Shown: positions 17,044 through 25,533 of the stretch, piece by piece | How the letters are laid out: each line of letters begins with the position of its first letter | Position numbering within the stretch: the stretch's first letter is position 1 | DNA from: a virus | Length of the DNA stretch: 64,000 nt | Direction: 5' to 3' (one strand) | Virus record (IMG/VR): IMGVR_UViG_3300031525_000004 | Translations under genes and position numbers: made by a program | Notes under the pieces: generated by a model | Databases searched by the model: none | What the model was told of the DNA's origin: nothing | What the model saw: the letters and a program-made list of their open reading frames with translations, nothing else

Positions 17044-17874
17044 ATGGACATCGTTTATCGCAAGGCTGAGCTATCAGCGGGCGAGGCCTTCAGTATTGAG
17101 AAGTTCTGGCACCCGACCATCGATTCATGGAATCCGCTGTACAAGGACATCCTTGAGCCGTTCGATTTTCACAAGTACACCTGCCCGCGTCTGCCTATTT
17201 CGATGGGCGCGCAGTCGTCGGATGCGATGCGGCAGTGTCCCTCGGTTCTGCGTGTGCCGATCAAGTACGCCAACACCGATATTCGTCTCCCGGCGGAGAT
17301 GGCTCCGATAAAGCCTTTGCTCGTGAAGCTATTGCAGTATGACAAATTCATCAACCCTTTCTTCGAAGAATTGTTTGCACATGTAACGATCGATAACTCG
17401 ACCGTTGAACCTGGAACAACCCACAGATTTGGCGGCTTTCACGGCGACGGTCTGCAGGGCGGCAAGTTTAAGAAAAAACTGGTTGTCGAACACTCCTACG
17501 TCTTTGTCAGCAATCACCCGACGCTATTTTCCCTCCAGCCGTTTTTTGTGGCGCATCTAAATGAAGACCGACACAACATCTTCAAGGAGTTTGACCGACA
17601 GGTTCAGTCGCAGAGCATCTACACCGGCATGGACCAGCACCTTTACCTCATTGATCCATACGTGGTTCACGCCAGCCCTTTGATTCAGAAGAGGACCGAG
17701 CGCACCTTCTTTCGCTTGACGATCACGCCGACCGAGCTTCTGATGCCCAACAATACAGTCAACCCAATGTTCAATGGGCAGAAGTATCCCGCAAGGATTG
17801 ATGTGCGAGAATTTGTTTCGGAGCCGGACGTGAAGATTCCTTACGATTTATACGGACTCAGGGGTAATCGGTGA
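17044..17874 (+). CDS. Hypothetical protein, possible 2OG-Fe(II) dioxygenase-like fold
   Basis: The order of residues FHGDG (HxD) ... YVVHAS ... RTFFRLT resembles the HxD...H...R arrangement of 2OG oxygenases. This is motif-order evidence only. Confidence 0.55.
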   Translation: MDIVYRKAELSAGEAFSIEKFWHPTIDSWNPLYKDILEPFDFHKYTCPRLPISMGAQSSDAMRQCPSVLRVPIKYANTDIRLPAEMAPIKPLLVKLLQYDKFINPFFEELFAHVTIDNSTVEPGTTHRFGGFHGDGLQGGKFKKKLVVEHSYVFVSNHPTLFSLQPFFVAHLNEDRHNIFKEFDRQVQSQSIYTGMDQHLYLIDPYVVHASPLIQKRTERTFFRLTITPTELLMPNNTVNPMFNGQKYPARIDVREFVSEPDVKIPYDLYGLRGNR

Positions 17875-19280
17875 CCGGTCCAGACACCACGCAAGTCCCA
17901 GACCACATCTACGACGAGATGGCCGGCGGAGCGAATAAGGCCCTGCCGGTTGAGACCGGACTGCCGGCGAATATCTCTGCCGAAAAGATGATCCTCGGGG
18001 CTATTTTGCTCGAGAACCAAGCCTTTAACGAAGCTGCGGAGCGTTTAGTCCCAGAAGACTTCTCTCTCGAGAGCCACCAGCGCATCTACCAGCGAATGAC
18101 CGAACTCGTGGACGCTAGCCATGCGATCGAACTCACGACGCTGGCGGAGGAGCTTGCTCGCCACAAGGAGATTGAGTCTGTTGGCGGTGTCGCATACCTC
18201 TCTGACTTGACAGAAGGCCTGCCGCGGCGTCCCGTGATCGACGAGTACATCCGCATCGTCAAGGACAAGAGCCAACTCCGCCAACTCATACTCATTTGCC
18301 AAGACACGCTGGCGCGCGCCGCAGACCAGAGCGAGACGGCGTTGGATGTGCTGGAAATTGCTGAATCGCAACTGCTGCAGATCGCGCAGGAGGCGAACAC
18401 TGGGCGGCTGCGGACGATTGCGGACTCCGTGGAAGACGCGGGCGGCCCAGACGCCTATCTCAAGGCGTACACCGAGCCATCGACGAAGGTTGGGCTTCAG
18501 ACGGGCTTTGTGGACCTCGACCGGATGACTGGCGGATTGCAGCAGTCGGAATTGATCATAATCGCGGCGCGGCCGAGTATGGGCAAGACGGCGCTCGCCG
18601 TCAACCTAATGGAAAACGTGTGTTGCGGCTCAGACCGGGTTGTCGCATTCTTCTCGCTGGAAATGTCTCGGGCTGCGATCGAGCACCGATTCATGGCGTC
18701 GAGAGCGCGCGTGGACGTAAAGCGAGCGATGGAAGGCTTCTACCTGTCGGAGCGCGAGAAAGAGAAGTTGGGTGGCGCGCTGATCGACTTGGCCGACGCC
18801 AGAATCTTCGTTGACGACTCCGCGCTGCTCACGCCGATCCAGTTGAGAGCGAAGGCTCGCCGGCTGAAGCAGCGAGAGAAGCGGCTGGATCTGATCTGCG
18901 TGGATTACGTCCAGCTAATGACTGCTGGCAGCAAGACCGGCAACCGGCAGGAAGAAGTTGCCGCAGTATCCCGTTCCCTGAAGGCATGCGCGAAAGAATT
19001 GGAAGTTCCGGTAGTCGCCCTGGCGCAGTTGAGCCGTAACAGCGAGCAGCGGACGGACAAGCGGCCCGTGCTGTCGGATTTGCGCGAGAGCGGACAGATA
19101 GAGCAAGATGCGGATTTGTGCTGCTTTATCCATCGCGATGCGTATTACAGGCCGGACGATCCAGATGTCCAAGGGCTGGCCGACTTAATTGTGGCGAAGA
19201 GCCGCAATGGACCAACCGGTCTGGTTAAATTGGCATTCGAGGCGTCTCTGACGCGCTTCGAAAACTTGGCGAGGAGGTAG
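17871..19280 (+). CDS. dnaB: Replicative DNA helicase DnaB
   Basis: N-terminal EKMILGAILLEN...SHQRIY, Walker A ARPSMGKTA, SLEMS, RQEEVAAVSRSLKACAKELEVPVVALAQLSR, LSDLRESGQIEQDADL. Confidence 0.93.
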   Translation: MTGPDTTQVPDHIYDEMAGGANKALPVETGLPANISAEKMILGAILLENQAFNEAAERLVPEDFSLESHQRIYQRMTELVDASHAIELTTLAEELARHKEIESVGGVAYLSDLTEGLPRRPVIDEYIRIVKDKSQLRQLILICQDTLARAADQSETALDVLEIAESQLLQIAQEANTGRLRTIADSVEDAGGPDAYLKAYTEPSTKVGLQTGFVDLDRMTGGLQQSELIIIAARPSMGKTALAVNLMENVCCGSDRVVAFFSLEMSRAAIEHRFMASRARVDVKRAMEGFYLSEREKEKLGGALIDLADARIFVDDSALLTPIQLRAKARRLKQREKRLDLICVDYVQLMTAGSKTGNRQEEVAAVSRSLKACAKELEVPVVALAQLSRNSEQRTDKRPVLSDLRESGQIEQDADLCCFIHRDAYYRPDDPDVQGLADLIVAKSRNGPTGLVKLAFEASLTRFENLARR

Positions 19281-19282
19281 CA

Positions 19283-19519
19283 ATGCAAGACGAAGTGGTA
19301 TCTGGAGTCTACGATATTCTGGCGAGCAATTATCTGGTTGACGCGAACACTCTGCAAGCGTCACAATTAGTACGCGACCTTGATTTGGACAGCATTGAAC
19401 TCGTTCAACTCGGCATGGATCTCGAAGATAAGTTTGGCGTGGAGATTCAGGACGGCGATATCCGCGCAACATCCACAATCGAAGACGTGATCGGCCTGAT
19501 TCGCAGGCTGCTACCCTAA
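19283..19519 (+). CDS. Acyl-carrier-protein-like protein
   Basis: LDLDSIELVQLGMDLEDKFGVEIQD matches the ACP phosphopantetheine-attachment helix (DSL/I-E-L). 78 aa, acidic. Confidence 0.7.
   Translation: MQDEVVSGVYDILASNYLVDANTLQASQLVRDLDLDSIELVQLGMDLEDKFGVEIQDGDIRATSTIEDVIGLIRRLLP
19338..19367 (+). promoter_or_regulatory. Internal promoter candidate carrying the CTGCAAGCGT motif
   Basis: TTGACG (19338-19343), 18-nt spacer ending in CTCTGCAAGCGT (19350-19361), then CACAAT (19362-19367). Same architecture as 8110-8138. Lies inside the ACP-like gene, upstream of 19546. Confidence 0.4.
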
Positions 19520-19545
19520 ACCCGGAAACAGATTGGAGCATCACA

Positions 19546-20079
19546 ATGAAGTTCACGAACAGGTTCCTGAGCGGCATCGCTGCAATTGCAGTCATGCTTG
19601 TGGGCATGATCCCGACGACGGGCTGCTCTTCCGCCACCATCGCTGACCTGGCGCAGACGCTGGGCAACGCAGGGGCTCAGATCGCGACGCTGGAGAACAA
19701 CCCGACTCTGGCAGCGAAGCTCAAAGCGGATACCGCGGCGGCCGTCTCGGCGATTGCCAGTTGGAAGTCGGGTTCGCCGGCTACGGAGGCAATCGAGGCG
19801 CTGAATATCGTTGAGGACGACCTCGACCTGATTCCCGGAACATCGACTTACGCTCCGCTGATTGATCTGGCTATTGGCACCGTAGAGAGCATCCTGGCGC
19901 TACTGCCAACTTCGGCAGCGGTTGTGGCTCCCGCGACGCTGTCGGCACATACGGCGACGTTGAAGGCGAAGCGGCCGGGGATTGCGATCACGAATCCTCC
20001 GAAGACGAAGGGTGACTTCAAGAAGCAGTGGAATGCTATCGTGGCCGAGAGTCCAGTATTGGCGAAGGCAAAGATTTAA
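19546..20079 (+). CDS. Putative lipoprotein
   Basis: The N-terminus MKFTNRFLSGIAAIAVMLVGMIPTTGCSS looks like a signal peptide with a Cys lipobox-like site. Confidence 0.6.
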   Translation: MKFTNRFLSGIAAIAVMLVGMIPTTGCSSATIADLAQTLGNAGAQIATLENNPTLAAKLKADTAAAVSAIASWKSGSPATEAIEALNIVEDDLDLIPGTSTYAPLIDLAIGTVESILALLPTSAAVVAPATLSAHTATLKAKRPGIAITNPPKTKGDFKKQWNAIVAESPVLAKAKI

Positions 20080-20110
20080 GTTTCCGGCATACCACTTGCC
20101 GGGAAACTGC

Positions 20111-20182
20111 GCGGGGATAGCTCAGTGGTAGAGCGGCTCCGGTAACGGAGAGGGTCCTCGGTTCGAATTCCTGGGCCCCGCG
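20111..20182 (+). tRNA. Degenerate tRNA-like element (Thr-GGU-like 5' half; probable pseudo-tRNA or att-related remnant)
   Basis: Canonical GCGGGGATAGCTCAGTGGTAGAGC 5' half and TTCGAAT T-loop. The anticodon arm is CTCCG-GTAA-CGGAG (or a 4-bp stem with a 6-nt loop). The T stem has a mismatch and an 8-nt loop, there is an A7-G66 mismatch, and no CCA is encoded. Confidence 0.45.
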
Positions 20183-20342
20183 CAGAAATTAGAGACGAGG
20201 TTCCGTGGAACTGCTGATACTGAAAGCGCGCAATGTAGGCTGGACGACGATGATGCTTGCGCATAGGCAGTTTTTGGAGCAGGTCGATATAGAAGCTCTG
20301 CCATGGTGGATGAAGGCGGAGATTCCAATTGAGAGGAGCAAC

Positions 20343-20606
20343 ATGGCAATCCCACAGAAGGACATTGATAACTGGTTCTCCTACCACGCCCCGAACGCAG
20401 AGCAACTGGTGGCGTACAACGACATTCGGCAAGCGGCAAAGATTTACGCCGAGACATGCAATAAGCACATCCCGGACAGCGCCGACAAGACGGCGGCAAT
20501 GCGCAAGATTCGGGAATCGGTCATGGCTGCCAATCTGGCTGTGGCTTGCAACTGGCCCGAGCCGATACCCACCGAGACGCCTGAGTCCGTATCGCCGGCA
20601 GGGTAG
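20343..20606 (+). CDS. Small conserved phage protein
   Basis: Start moved to the ATG after GAGAGGAG. MAIPQKDIDNWFSYHAP...YNDIRQAAK...MRKIRESVMAANLAV. Confidence 0.55.
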   Translation: MAIPQKDIDNWFSYHAPNAEQLVAYNDIRQAAKIYAETCNKHIPDSADKTAAMRKIRESVMAANLAVACNWPEPIPTETPESVSPAG

Positions 20607-20705
20607 TCTGTAAGCCGGTTTACGCGGATGGCTGGTGCGGCAACCAGCATTTAGGGTCGGAGACCGCACTTCTCTGATCCACCAAATCAAGACGAGAGTA
20701 CCACC

Positions 20706-21134
20706 ATGCCCACCAAAAACGGTCCGGCTACCCTAGCGGCCTACCACAAAAAAGTACTCAAAGAAGAAAGGAAATATATCTTGGCGAACACAGAATTTGA
20801 CATATCGAAGTACCCTCCCAGCGTAGACCCCGAAGCCGCAGCTCGGGTTGAATCCATCCTGCACCCGCCAGAGGAGAAGAAGCAGCCGGCAACTGCGGCT
20901 CCAACCCTGCACGCTCCCCACGGCAGCCCAACTCCGCCCGAACCCACGAAGAAGACGCGCGTGACGGTCTCGAAGATTCTCCAGAAGTACCAGGATCGCG
21001 AGAAGGAGTTCGGCGCCGACATCGCGAAGATCGACGGCATCATTGCTTCCTACGAAAAGCGGCGCGAGGAGTTGAAGTTCAAGCTCTCCGTGTTGCAGGA
21101 GCTGATCGCGGAGATCAACTCGGACTCGGAGTAG
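20706..21134 (+). CDS. Hypothetical coiled-coil protein
   Basis: 142-aa ORF with protein-like composition. Confidence 0.55.
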   Translation: MPTKNGPATLAAYHKKVLKEERKYILANTEFDISKYPPSVDPEAAARVESILHPPEEKKQPATAAPTLHAPHGSPTPPEPTKKTRVTVSKILQKYQDREKEFGADIAKIDGIIASYEKRREELKFKLSVLQELIAEINSDSE

Positions 21135-21164
21135 AATTTCATCCGCGACAATGCTCTGGCGAGG

Positions 21165-21509
21165 ATGAAACATGCGGCGGCAGGCACTGGGGAGCGCGGC
21201 CGCCGCATTGAAAGGATCGGGATGTATTGGATTAAGCAACGAGCGTTCGAGTGCGACATTCCGTGCAGGATTAAGGGCGATGGCGTAGAGCGCATGATTT
21301 TGGTAGCGTCCCTGCGGGATGACGGGGCTGTGTTTGATAAGGCGGATCGCGCGGTTTTTGCCGGCGACCGGCTATTTTCGCATATGATCGACGATGCACT
21401 GAGGTGCCCGCGTGGCAGCATGTTCGCGGAGCCAGAGTTTGATGCCATGTTTGAGGCGTCTCGCAAGCAGTACGACGGCACTGAAATCAAGTGGCCTATG
21501 ACTCGATAA
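21165..21509 (+). CDS. Hypothetical protein
   Basis: 114-aa ORF. The start is uncertain (internal Met at MYWIKQ). Confidence 0.5.
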   Translation: MKHAAAGTGERGRRIERIGMYWIKQRAFECDIPCRIKGDGVERMILVASLRDDGAVFDKADRAVFAGDRLFSHMIDDALRCPRGSMFAEPEFDAMFEASRKQYDGTEIKWPMTR

Positions 21510-21512
21510 ATA

Positions 21513-21553
21513 ACGCTTGCAGAAGTCGCTCCCCCGGTGTAATCTGCAAGCGT
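21513..21553. promoter_or_regulatory. Inverted pair of the operator-like motif (ACGCTTGCAGAA ... TCTGCAAGCGT)
   Basis: Half-sites at 21513-21524 and 21543-21553, 18 nt apart, in the intergenic gap upstream of the Cys-rich gene and integrase. Confidence 0.5.
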
Positions 21554-21569
21554 ATCTGAAAGGTGATTC

Positions 21570-21749
21570 ATGCGGCGAATTTGCGAAGATTGCCAGCGTA
21601 GTTACGACGATGAGTTTTGCAGCACGCTTTGTCCTCATAAGGGCATCGGCTTCTGCATAGTGTGTGATTGCGTGAACTGCCTCTGCGACGAGCGGACTGC
21701 GGGAAAGCGCTGGGAGCGGAGTTCTAACAACAGAACCACGACGCTCTAA
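21570..21749 (+). CDS. Cys-rich small protein (59 aa; below ORF-track cutoff)
   Basis: Own translation: MRRICEDCQRSYDDEFCSTLCPHKGIGFCIVCDCVNCLCDERTAGKRWERSSNNRTTTL. Multiple CxxC-type pairs. Confidence 0.5.
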   Translation: MRRICEDCQRSYDDEFCSTLCPHKGIGFCIVCDCVNCLCDERTAGKRWERSSNNRTTTL

Positions 21750-21773
21750 AGTACCAGTAAGGAAAGGAAAGCG

Positions 21774-22916
21774 ATGCCCAGAACCTCATTTCAGCAAGGC
21801 TCCGTAGTCCGCGTATCCCGCAAGAGCGGCGATGCGTGGAGATTTCGTTGGCGCGAAAACGGCACTCAGCGCAGCGAGTGGATTGGGACGGTGAAGCAGT
21901 TACCGTCCCGCGCCCAGGCCGAGAAAGCCGCGCAGCGATTCCGCCAGCAGGCAAACTCCGGCATCGAAGTCATCACCATGGCCGATCTCATTGCGAAGTT
22001 CTGGCAGGAAGCGGCGCCGGAACGCGAGACGACCGCGCACTCGTACCGCAGCATCTTCAAGCGGATCGAGGCCGAGTTCGGCAGTCTACGCGTGGACCAG
22101 TTCTGCCGCGAGGTAATGCGCGTCGAGCAGTGGCTGAAGGAATTGACGGTCATTGGACGGCACCCAAAGCCCGGCGTGAAGCCGCTGGTGAGCGACCTGT
22201 ACCGCTCCCAGGTGAGGAACCTGCTGCACTTGCTGATCGAGAAGGCGATGCTTTGGGGGAATGTGCAGGTCGACCGGAATCCCATGGATTTAGTTCGCCT
22301 GAAGGGCAGCGCACGCGCCAAGGAAATCCAGACGCTGACCCCTGAGCAGTACGGCCAGCTTGTCAACGACCCAGAACTGCCGGAGATGGTGCGAGTGTTG
22401 ATCCAGTTGTTGGCTGGGCTCGGACTTCGCATCTCTGAGGGCTTGGGACTTCGCTGGTCAGACATCGACTTCGAATCCGGTACGATCCAGATCAACCGTA
22501 GCATGGTCCACGGCCAGGCGAACGACACGAAGACGGCTAGCTCGAAGACGGCGCTTCCCTTGCATGAGCGCCTAGTGGACGTGCTGCGCTGGTGGCATGC
22601 GCGCGCGCCGAAGTCGGCTTGGGTGTTTTGCTCGGAGCGGACCGGCGCGCCTTATGACCGGGATTATCTTCGCTCGGAGTATCTGGCTCCGGCCGGCAAG
22701 CGGATCGGCGTAGAGGGGCTTGGCTGGCACTGCCTGCGCCACTCGTATCGAGCTATGCTGCGCGAAAGTGGTGCTTCCCTGGAAGACCAGAAGAGTCTGA
22801 TGCGGCACTCAAAGTTGGCTACGACCGTCGATACTTACGGTGGCCGCGACAGCGTTGAGCGGTTGAGACCCATGAACCAGAAAATTGTCGAGATGCTGCC
22901 GAGGAGGAGTGCATGA
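21774..22916 (+). CDS. int: Tyrosine recombinase / phage integrase
   Basis: LRISEGLGLRWSDIDFESGTIQINRS, HCLRHSYRAML and HSKLATTVDTYG supply the R...HxxR...Y catalytic pattern. GGAAAGGAAAGCG RBS motif upstream. Confidence 0.92.
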   Translation: MPRTSFQQGSVVRVSRKSGDAWRFRWRENGTQRSEWIGTVKQLPSRAQAEKAAQRFRQQANSGIEVITMADLIAKFWQEAAPERETTAHSYRSIFKRIEAEFGSLRVDQFCREVMRVEQWLKELTVIGRHPKPGVKPLVSDLYRSQVRNLLHLLIEKAMLWGNVQVDRNPMDLVRLKGSARAKEIQTLTPEQYGQLVNDPELPEMVRVLIQLLAGLGLRISEGLGLRWSDIDFESGTIQINRSMVHGQANDTKTASSKTALPLHERLVDVLRWWHARAPKSAWVFCSERTGAPYDRDYLRSEYLAPAGKRIGVEGLGWHCLRHSYRAMLRESGASLEDQKSLMRHSKLATTVDTYGGRDSVERLRPMNQKIVEMLPRRSA

Positions 22917-23088
22917 CAAGAGGCGGGAAGGTAATACACGTATTAACTCAGGGAGCATGCGCTGCATGCATGATCGTATCTATGTTTTCACCCTATTGGC
23001 TGAATGGTATTTTGTTCCTTGCAGCCTTTTACTGTGGAGGTGCCAACGCGCTCAATTACAAAAACGAGAAAAACAGAGGAACGCGCTG
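22917..23088. other. AT-richer non-coding stretch next to int: candidate attP / arm-site region
   Basis: No convincing ORF. Palindrome TAATAC-AC-GTATTA at 22932-22945 and adjacent GCATGC repeats at 22955-22971. The position next to int is typical of attP. Confidence 0.3.
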
Positions 23089-23232
23089 ATGCAACTCTGC
23101 GGCGTCCAAGGCATCAAGCAGACCGACGGCACCTACTGGTGGCCGTGGGCGAGTTGCTGGGCCATCTACAACACGCGGTACACGCTGTTAAAGTATCGGC
23201 TGGCGTTGCCGAGGAAGGAAGGTGGAGTATGA
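23089..23232 (+). CDS. Small hypothetical protein (47 aa)
   Basis: ATG preceded by AGAGGA. MQLCGVQGIKQTDGTYWWPWASCWAIYNTRYTLLKYRLALPRKEGGV. Its stop overlaps the next ATG. Confidence 0.4.
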   Translation: MQLCGVQGIKQTDGTYWWPWASCWAIYNTRYTLLKYRLALPRKEGGV

Positions 23233-23471
23233 GCAGAAGACACTCACAACCCACGATGCGCAGCGCGGTCCAGATGGCCAGCGACGACCTGCCCAACGTG
23301 AAACTGAAGCCCAAGCCGGGCACAGTAGCCTCCGTCATCGCCGAACTGGAGAAGATTCCTGACAAATCGATGCCGCTCTACTTCGACTGCCCAGAGTGCG
23401 GCAAGGGGCACATCTTCAAGACCGCGAGTTATAGTGCGGTGATTGAGACGGAGAGGCGCGATGCCGAATAA
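23229..23471 (+). CDS. Zn-ribbon-like small protein
   Basis: RBS AGGAAGGAAGGTGGAG upstream. Contains CPECGKGH. Confidence 0.55.
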   Translation: MSRRHSQPTMRSAVQMASDDLPNVKLKPKPGTVASVIAELEKIPDKSMPLYFDCPECGKGHIFKTASYSAVIETERRDAE

Positions 23472-23793
23472 GACCATCTATGTGAAGGAAAGCGATCTTC
23501 CGTTGTACGAGAAGATCAGTGCATCTGGCGAGGATAGCGTCAGTGCGAAGTTTGCCGATTTTCTGCGCTTCGAAGACGCAATGCGCCAACCGCAAAAGAT
23601 TCAGTTCACGCCCATGCCCGAGGTGGCCACTCTGCGCGACCAGTTTGCGATAGCGGCGATGACGGGAGACTGGGCTGCACAACGCCCAGATTGGCACTCT
23701 TTTTCGCGTTCGTCAGCGCAAGAAACCTTTGATCGCAACGCGGAATTGTACTACCGGATGGCAGATTCCATGCTGAAGACGAGGATGCTATGA
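23461..23793 (+). CDS. Hypothetical protein
   Basis: ATG overlaps the previous gene end. MPNKTIYVKESDLPLYEKI... Confidence 0.55.
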   Translation: MPNKTIYVKESDLPLYEKISASGEDSVSAKFADFLRFEDAMRQPQKIQFTPMPEVATLRDQFAIAAMTGDWAAQRPDWHSFSRSSAQETFDRNAELYYRMADSMLKTRML

Positions 23794-24194
23794 CCCAAGT
23801 CAGCAACTTCGACGTGCTCAAGCGCATGAGTAAAGACAACCTGGACATCCGGCTTGGAACCGATTTTCTCGGCGCTAAAGCAGTCAAGGCGGGTAGCCAG
23901 GTAACCATGGGGATCGCCGGCAATGTTCTGGGCGAAATTACATTTGGGGACTCGCAGGCTTGCCTTCTCCTCTACAACAAGAAGCAGTTTGCCGAGACCA
24001 AAAAGGCGCTGGAGGCGGAGACAGCCTCGATCAGCTTCACCCGGCAGGAACTGGAAGTCCTTCAGTCGATGCTCGAGGTCGTAGTCGATGGCACCGGCAC
24101 CTACTCGATGCTTCGCCTGCCACATCTCGTCAAGGTCCACACGGAATTGCTGGATACGTTCAGCGCGGCGATTGGAAGGAAGAGGGAGCAATGA
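23790..24194 (+). CDS. Hypothetical protein
   Basis: ATGA overlap with the previous gene. 134 aa. Confidence 0.6.
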   Translation: MTQVSNFDVLKRMSKDNLDIRLGTDFLGAKAVKAGSQVTMGIAGNVLGEITFGDSQACLLLYNKKQFAETKKALEAETASISFTRQELEVLQSMLEVVVDGTGTYSMLRLPHLVKVHTELLDTFSAAIGRKREQ

Positions 24195-24466
24195 TTCTCT
24201 ATGTTTTGACCAAGCGCTACAGCGACAACTCCGGCTTCTATGTTCTGGGAGCCACGACGGATTGCGCTGTTGCCCAGGCCTTCCACGCTGGCGGGACCGA
24301 CTCTGACCCGCACTCCGAGGTCTACGAGGTCAACGACAACGATCCAGTCCGGTCGATGGGCCGCGAGTATGAGGCGCTTTCATTTGACGATGAAGACCGG
24401 CAGCCGGAAGTTGTGGCGACGCCGGTGGCGGTATCTTCGGACGACGACTCAGATATACCTTTTTAG
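24191..24466 (+). CDS. Hypothetical acidic protein
   Basis: ATGA overlap. RBS GAGGGAG upstream. Acidic C-terminal tail. Confidence 0.55.
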   Translation: MILYVLTKRYSDNSGFYVLGATTDCAVAQAFHAGGTDSDPHSEVYEVNDNDPVRSMGREYEALSFDDEDRQPEVVATPVAVSSDDDSDIPF

Positions 24467-24482
24467 CGAAGAGGAAAATGAC

Positions 24483-24938
24483 ATGAGAACGCAACTAGCA
24501 GAATTCGGCATTGAGTGGTCCGTGAAGCAGATTAAGTCTCAACTGCGAGAGGGCCACGCTGTCCACGCGGATCGGCAGTCGGGCAAGACCACGGCGCTGT
24601 TTGAATATGTCCACGAGTTGACGCAGAGCAACGCTGTTCCCGTCATCGGCTTCCTGTCGCCGAATTACAATATGTCTCGCTGTGTCGAGGGATTGTACCG
24701 CGTGCGCTACCAGGAGAAGATTGATCGGGGTTACGGCTACGTATCTCCTCGTTTCACCCGAGTTTTATTCTGCGCCGCGCACGATCATCTCAAGCTCAAT
24801 GGCCTGACCAGCACAGTCGTGGTCGATGAATGGTGGATCTTGGGCGATCAAACCCGGCGCGAGCTCCTTCAGGGCGAATTACGCATCATTGCCGCCGTGG
24901 GCACGATTCCGGCTTACGCTCAAGTGCCGCTGTACTGA
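24483..24938 (+). CDS. Small P-loop NTPase-like protein
   Basis: ADRQSGKTTA (Walker A-like) and TVVVDEWW (Walker B-like). 151 aa. Confidence 0.55.
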   Translation: MRTQLAEFGIEWSVKQIKSQLREGHAVHADRQSGKTTALFEYVHELTQSNAVPVIGFLSPNYNMSRCVEGLYRVRYQEKIDRGYGYVSPRFTRVLFCAAHDHLKLNGLTSTVVVDEWWILGDQTRRELLQGELRIIAAVGTIPAYAQVPLY

Positions 24939-24981
24939 GCGCAACTTCAACGCACTTCAACCGGCTAAATGGGAGTGAGAG

Positions 24982-25431
24982 ATGGATTTTGGATTTACGA
25001 ATGACTCGCGCGAGTATGACAGAGTGGTAGCCTATCGCGACGCAGCCATTGCCGATGGATGGCACCACGAGGCTACCTACGGCAGTGAATCAGAGGAGAG
25101 AGCCTGCCGTCTTAGGCGCGATGGTTGGCAGATGCAGATACTCACCCGGTCCCGCGGAAATTACATTCCTGATCCGAAGTGGCCGAATCATCCCTCTCCC
25201 CATGGCAAGTACGCTTATGAGGCTCAAGTCAGCGTCTGGGGACCGGACGGGATGGATGTCAGACCAGGGGCGATTTACGATTGGGAATCGCTCAAGGCGA
25301 AGCTCAGAATTTGCCCCAACTGCGGAGCTAAGGATGTAGAGACGGAGCGCGTTGGATTCGCTGGACGATGCTGCGCCAAATGCCTGCCCGAGCAGCGCAA
25401 ACAGGTCGAGTATCCCGGCTGGACTAACTGA
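24982..25431 (+). CDS. Hypothetical protein with C-terminal Zn-ribbon
   Basis: CPNCGAKD...CCAKC near the C-terminus. Confidence 0.55.
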   Translation: MDFGFTNDSREYDRVVAYRDAAIADGWHHEATYGSESEERACRLRRDGWQMQILTRSRGNYIPDPKWPNHPSPHGKYAYEAQVSVWGPDGMDVRPGAIYDWESLKAKLRICPNCGAKDVETERVGFAGRCCAKCLPEQRKQVEYPGWTN

Positions 25432-25533
25432 CAACTGCTCCACAACTTGTTCCCTGAATCGTTGTTTTGGCTGTAAATCAACAAGTCGTTGTGTTTTGGT
25501 GGAAGACAAAGATCAAGTGAAAGGAAAGCGAAT

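Noticed and set aside
20076-20690. 204-aa minus-strand ORF covering the tRNA-like element
   Set aside because: It overlaps a structured RNA-like element and the well-supported plus-strand gene 20343..20606, and its composition is not protein-like.
25455-25500. Direct repeat TCGTTGT(G)TTTTGG x2 as a terminator or regulatory element after 24982..25431
   Set aside because: Only two short T-rich copies without a convincing upstream stem. The evidence is insufficient.
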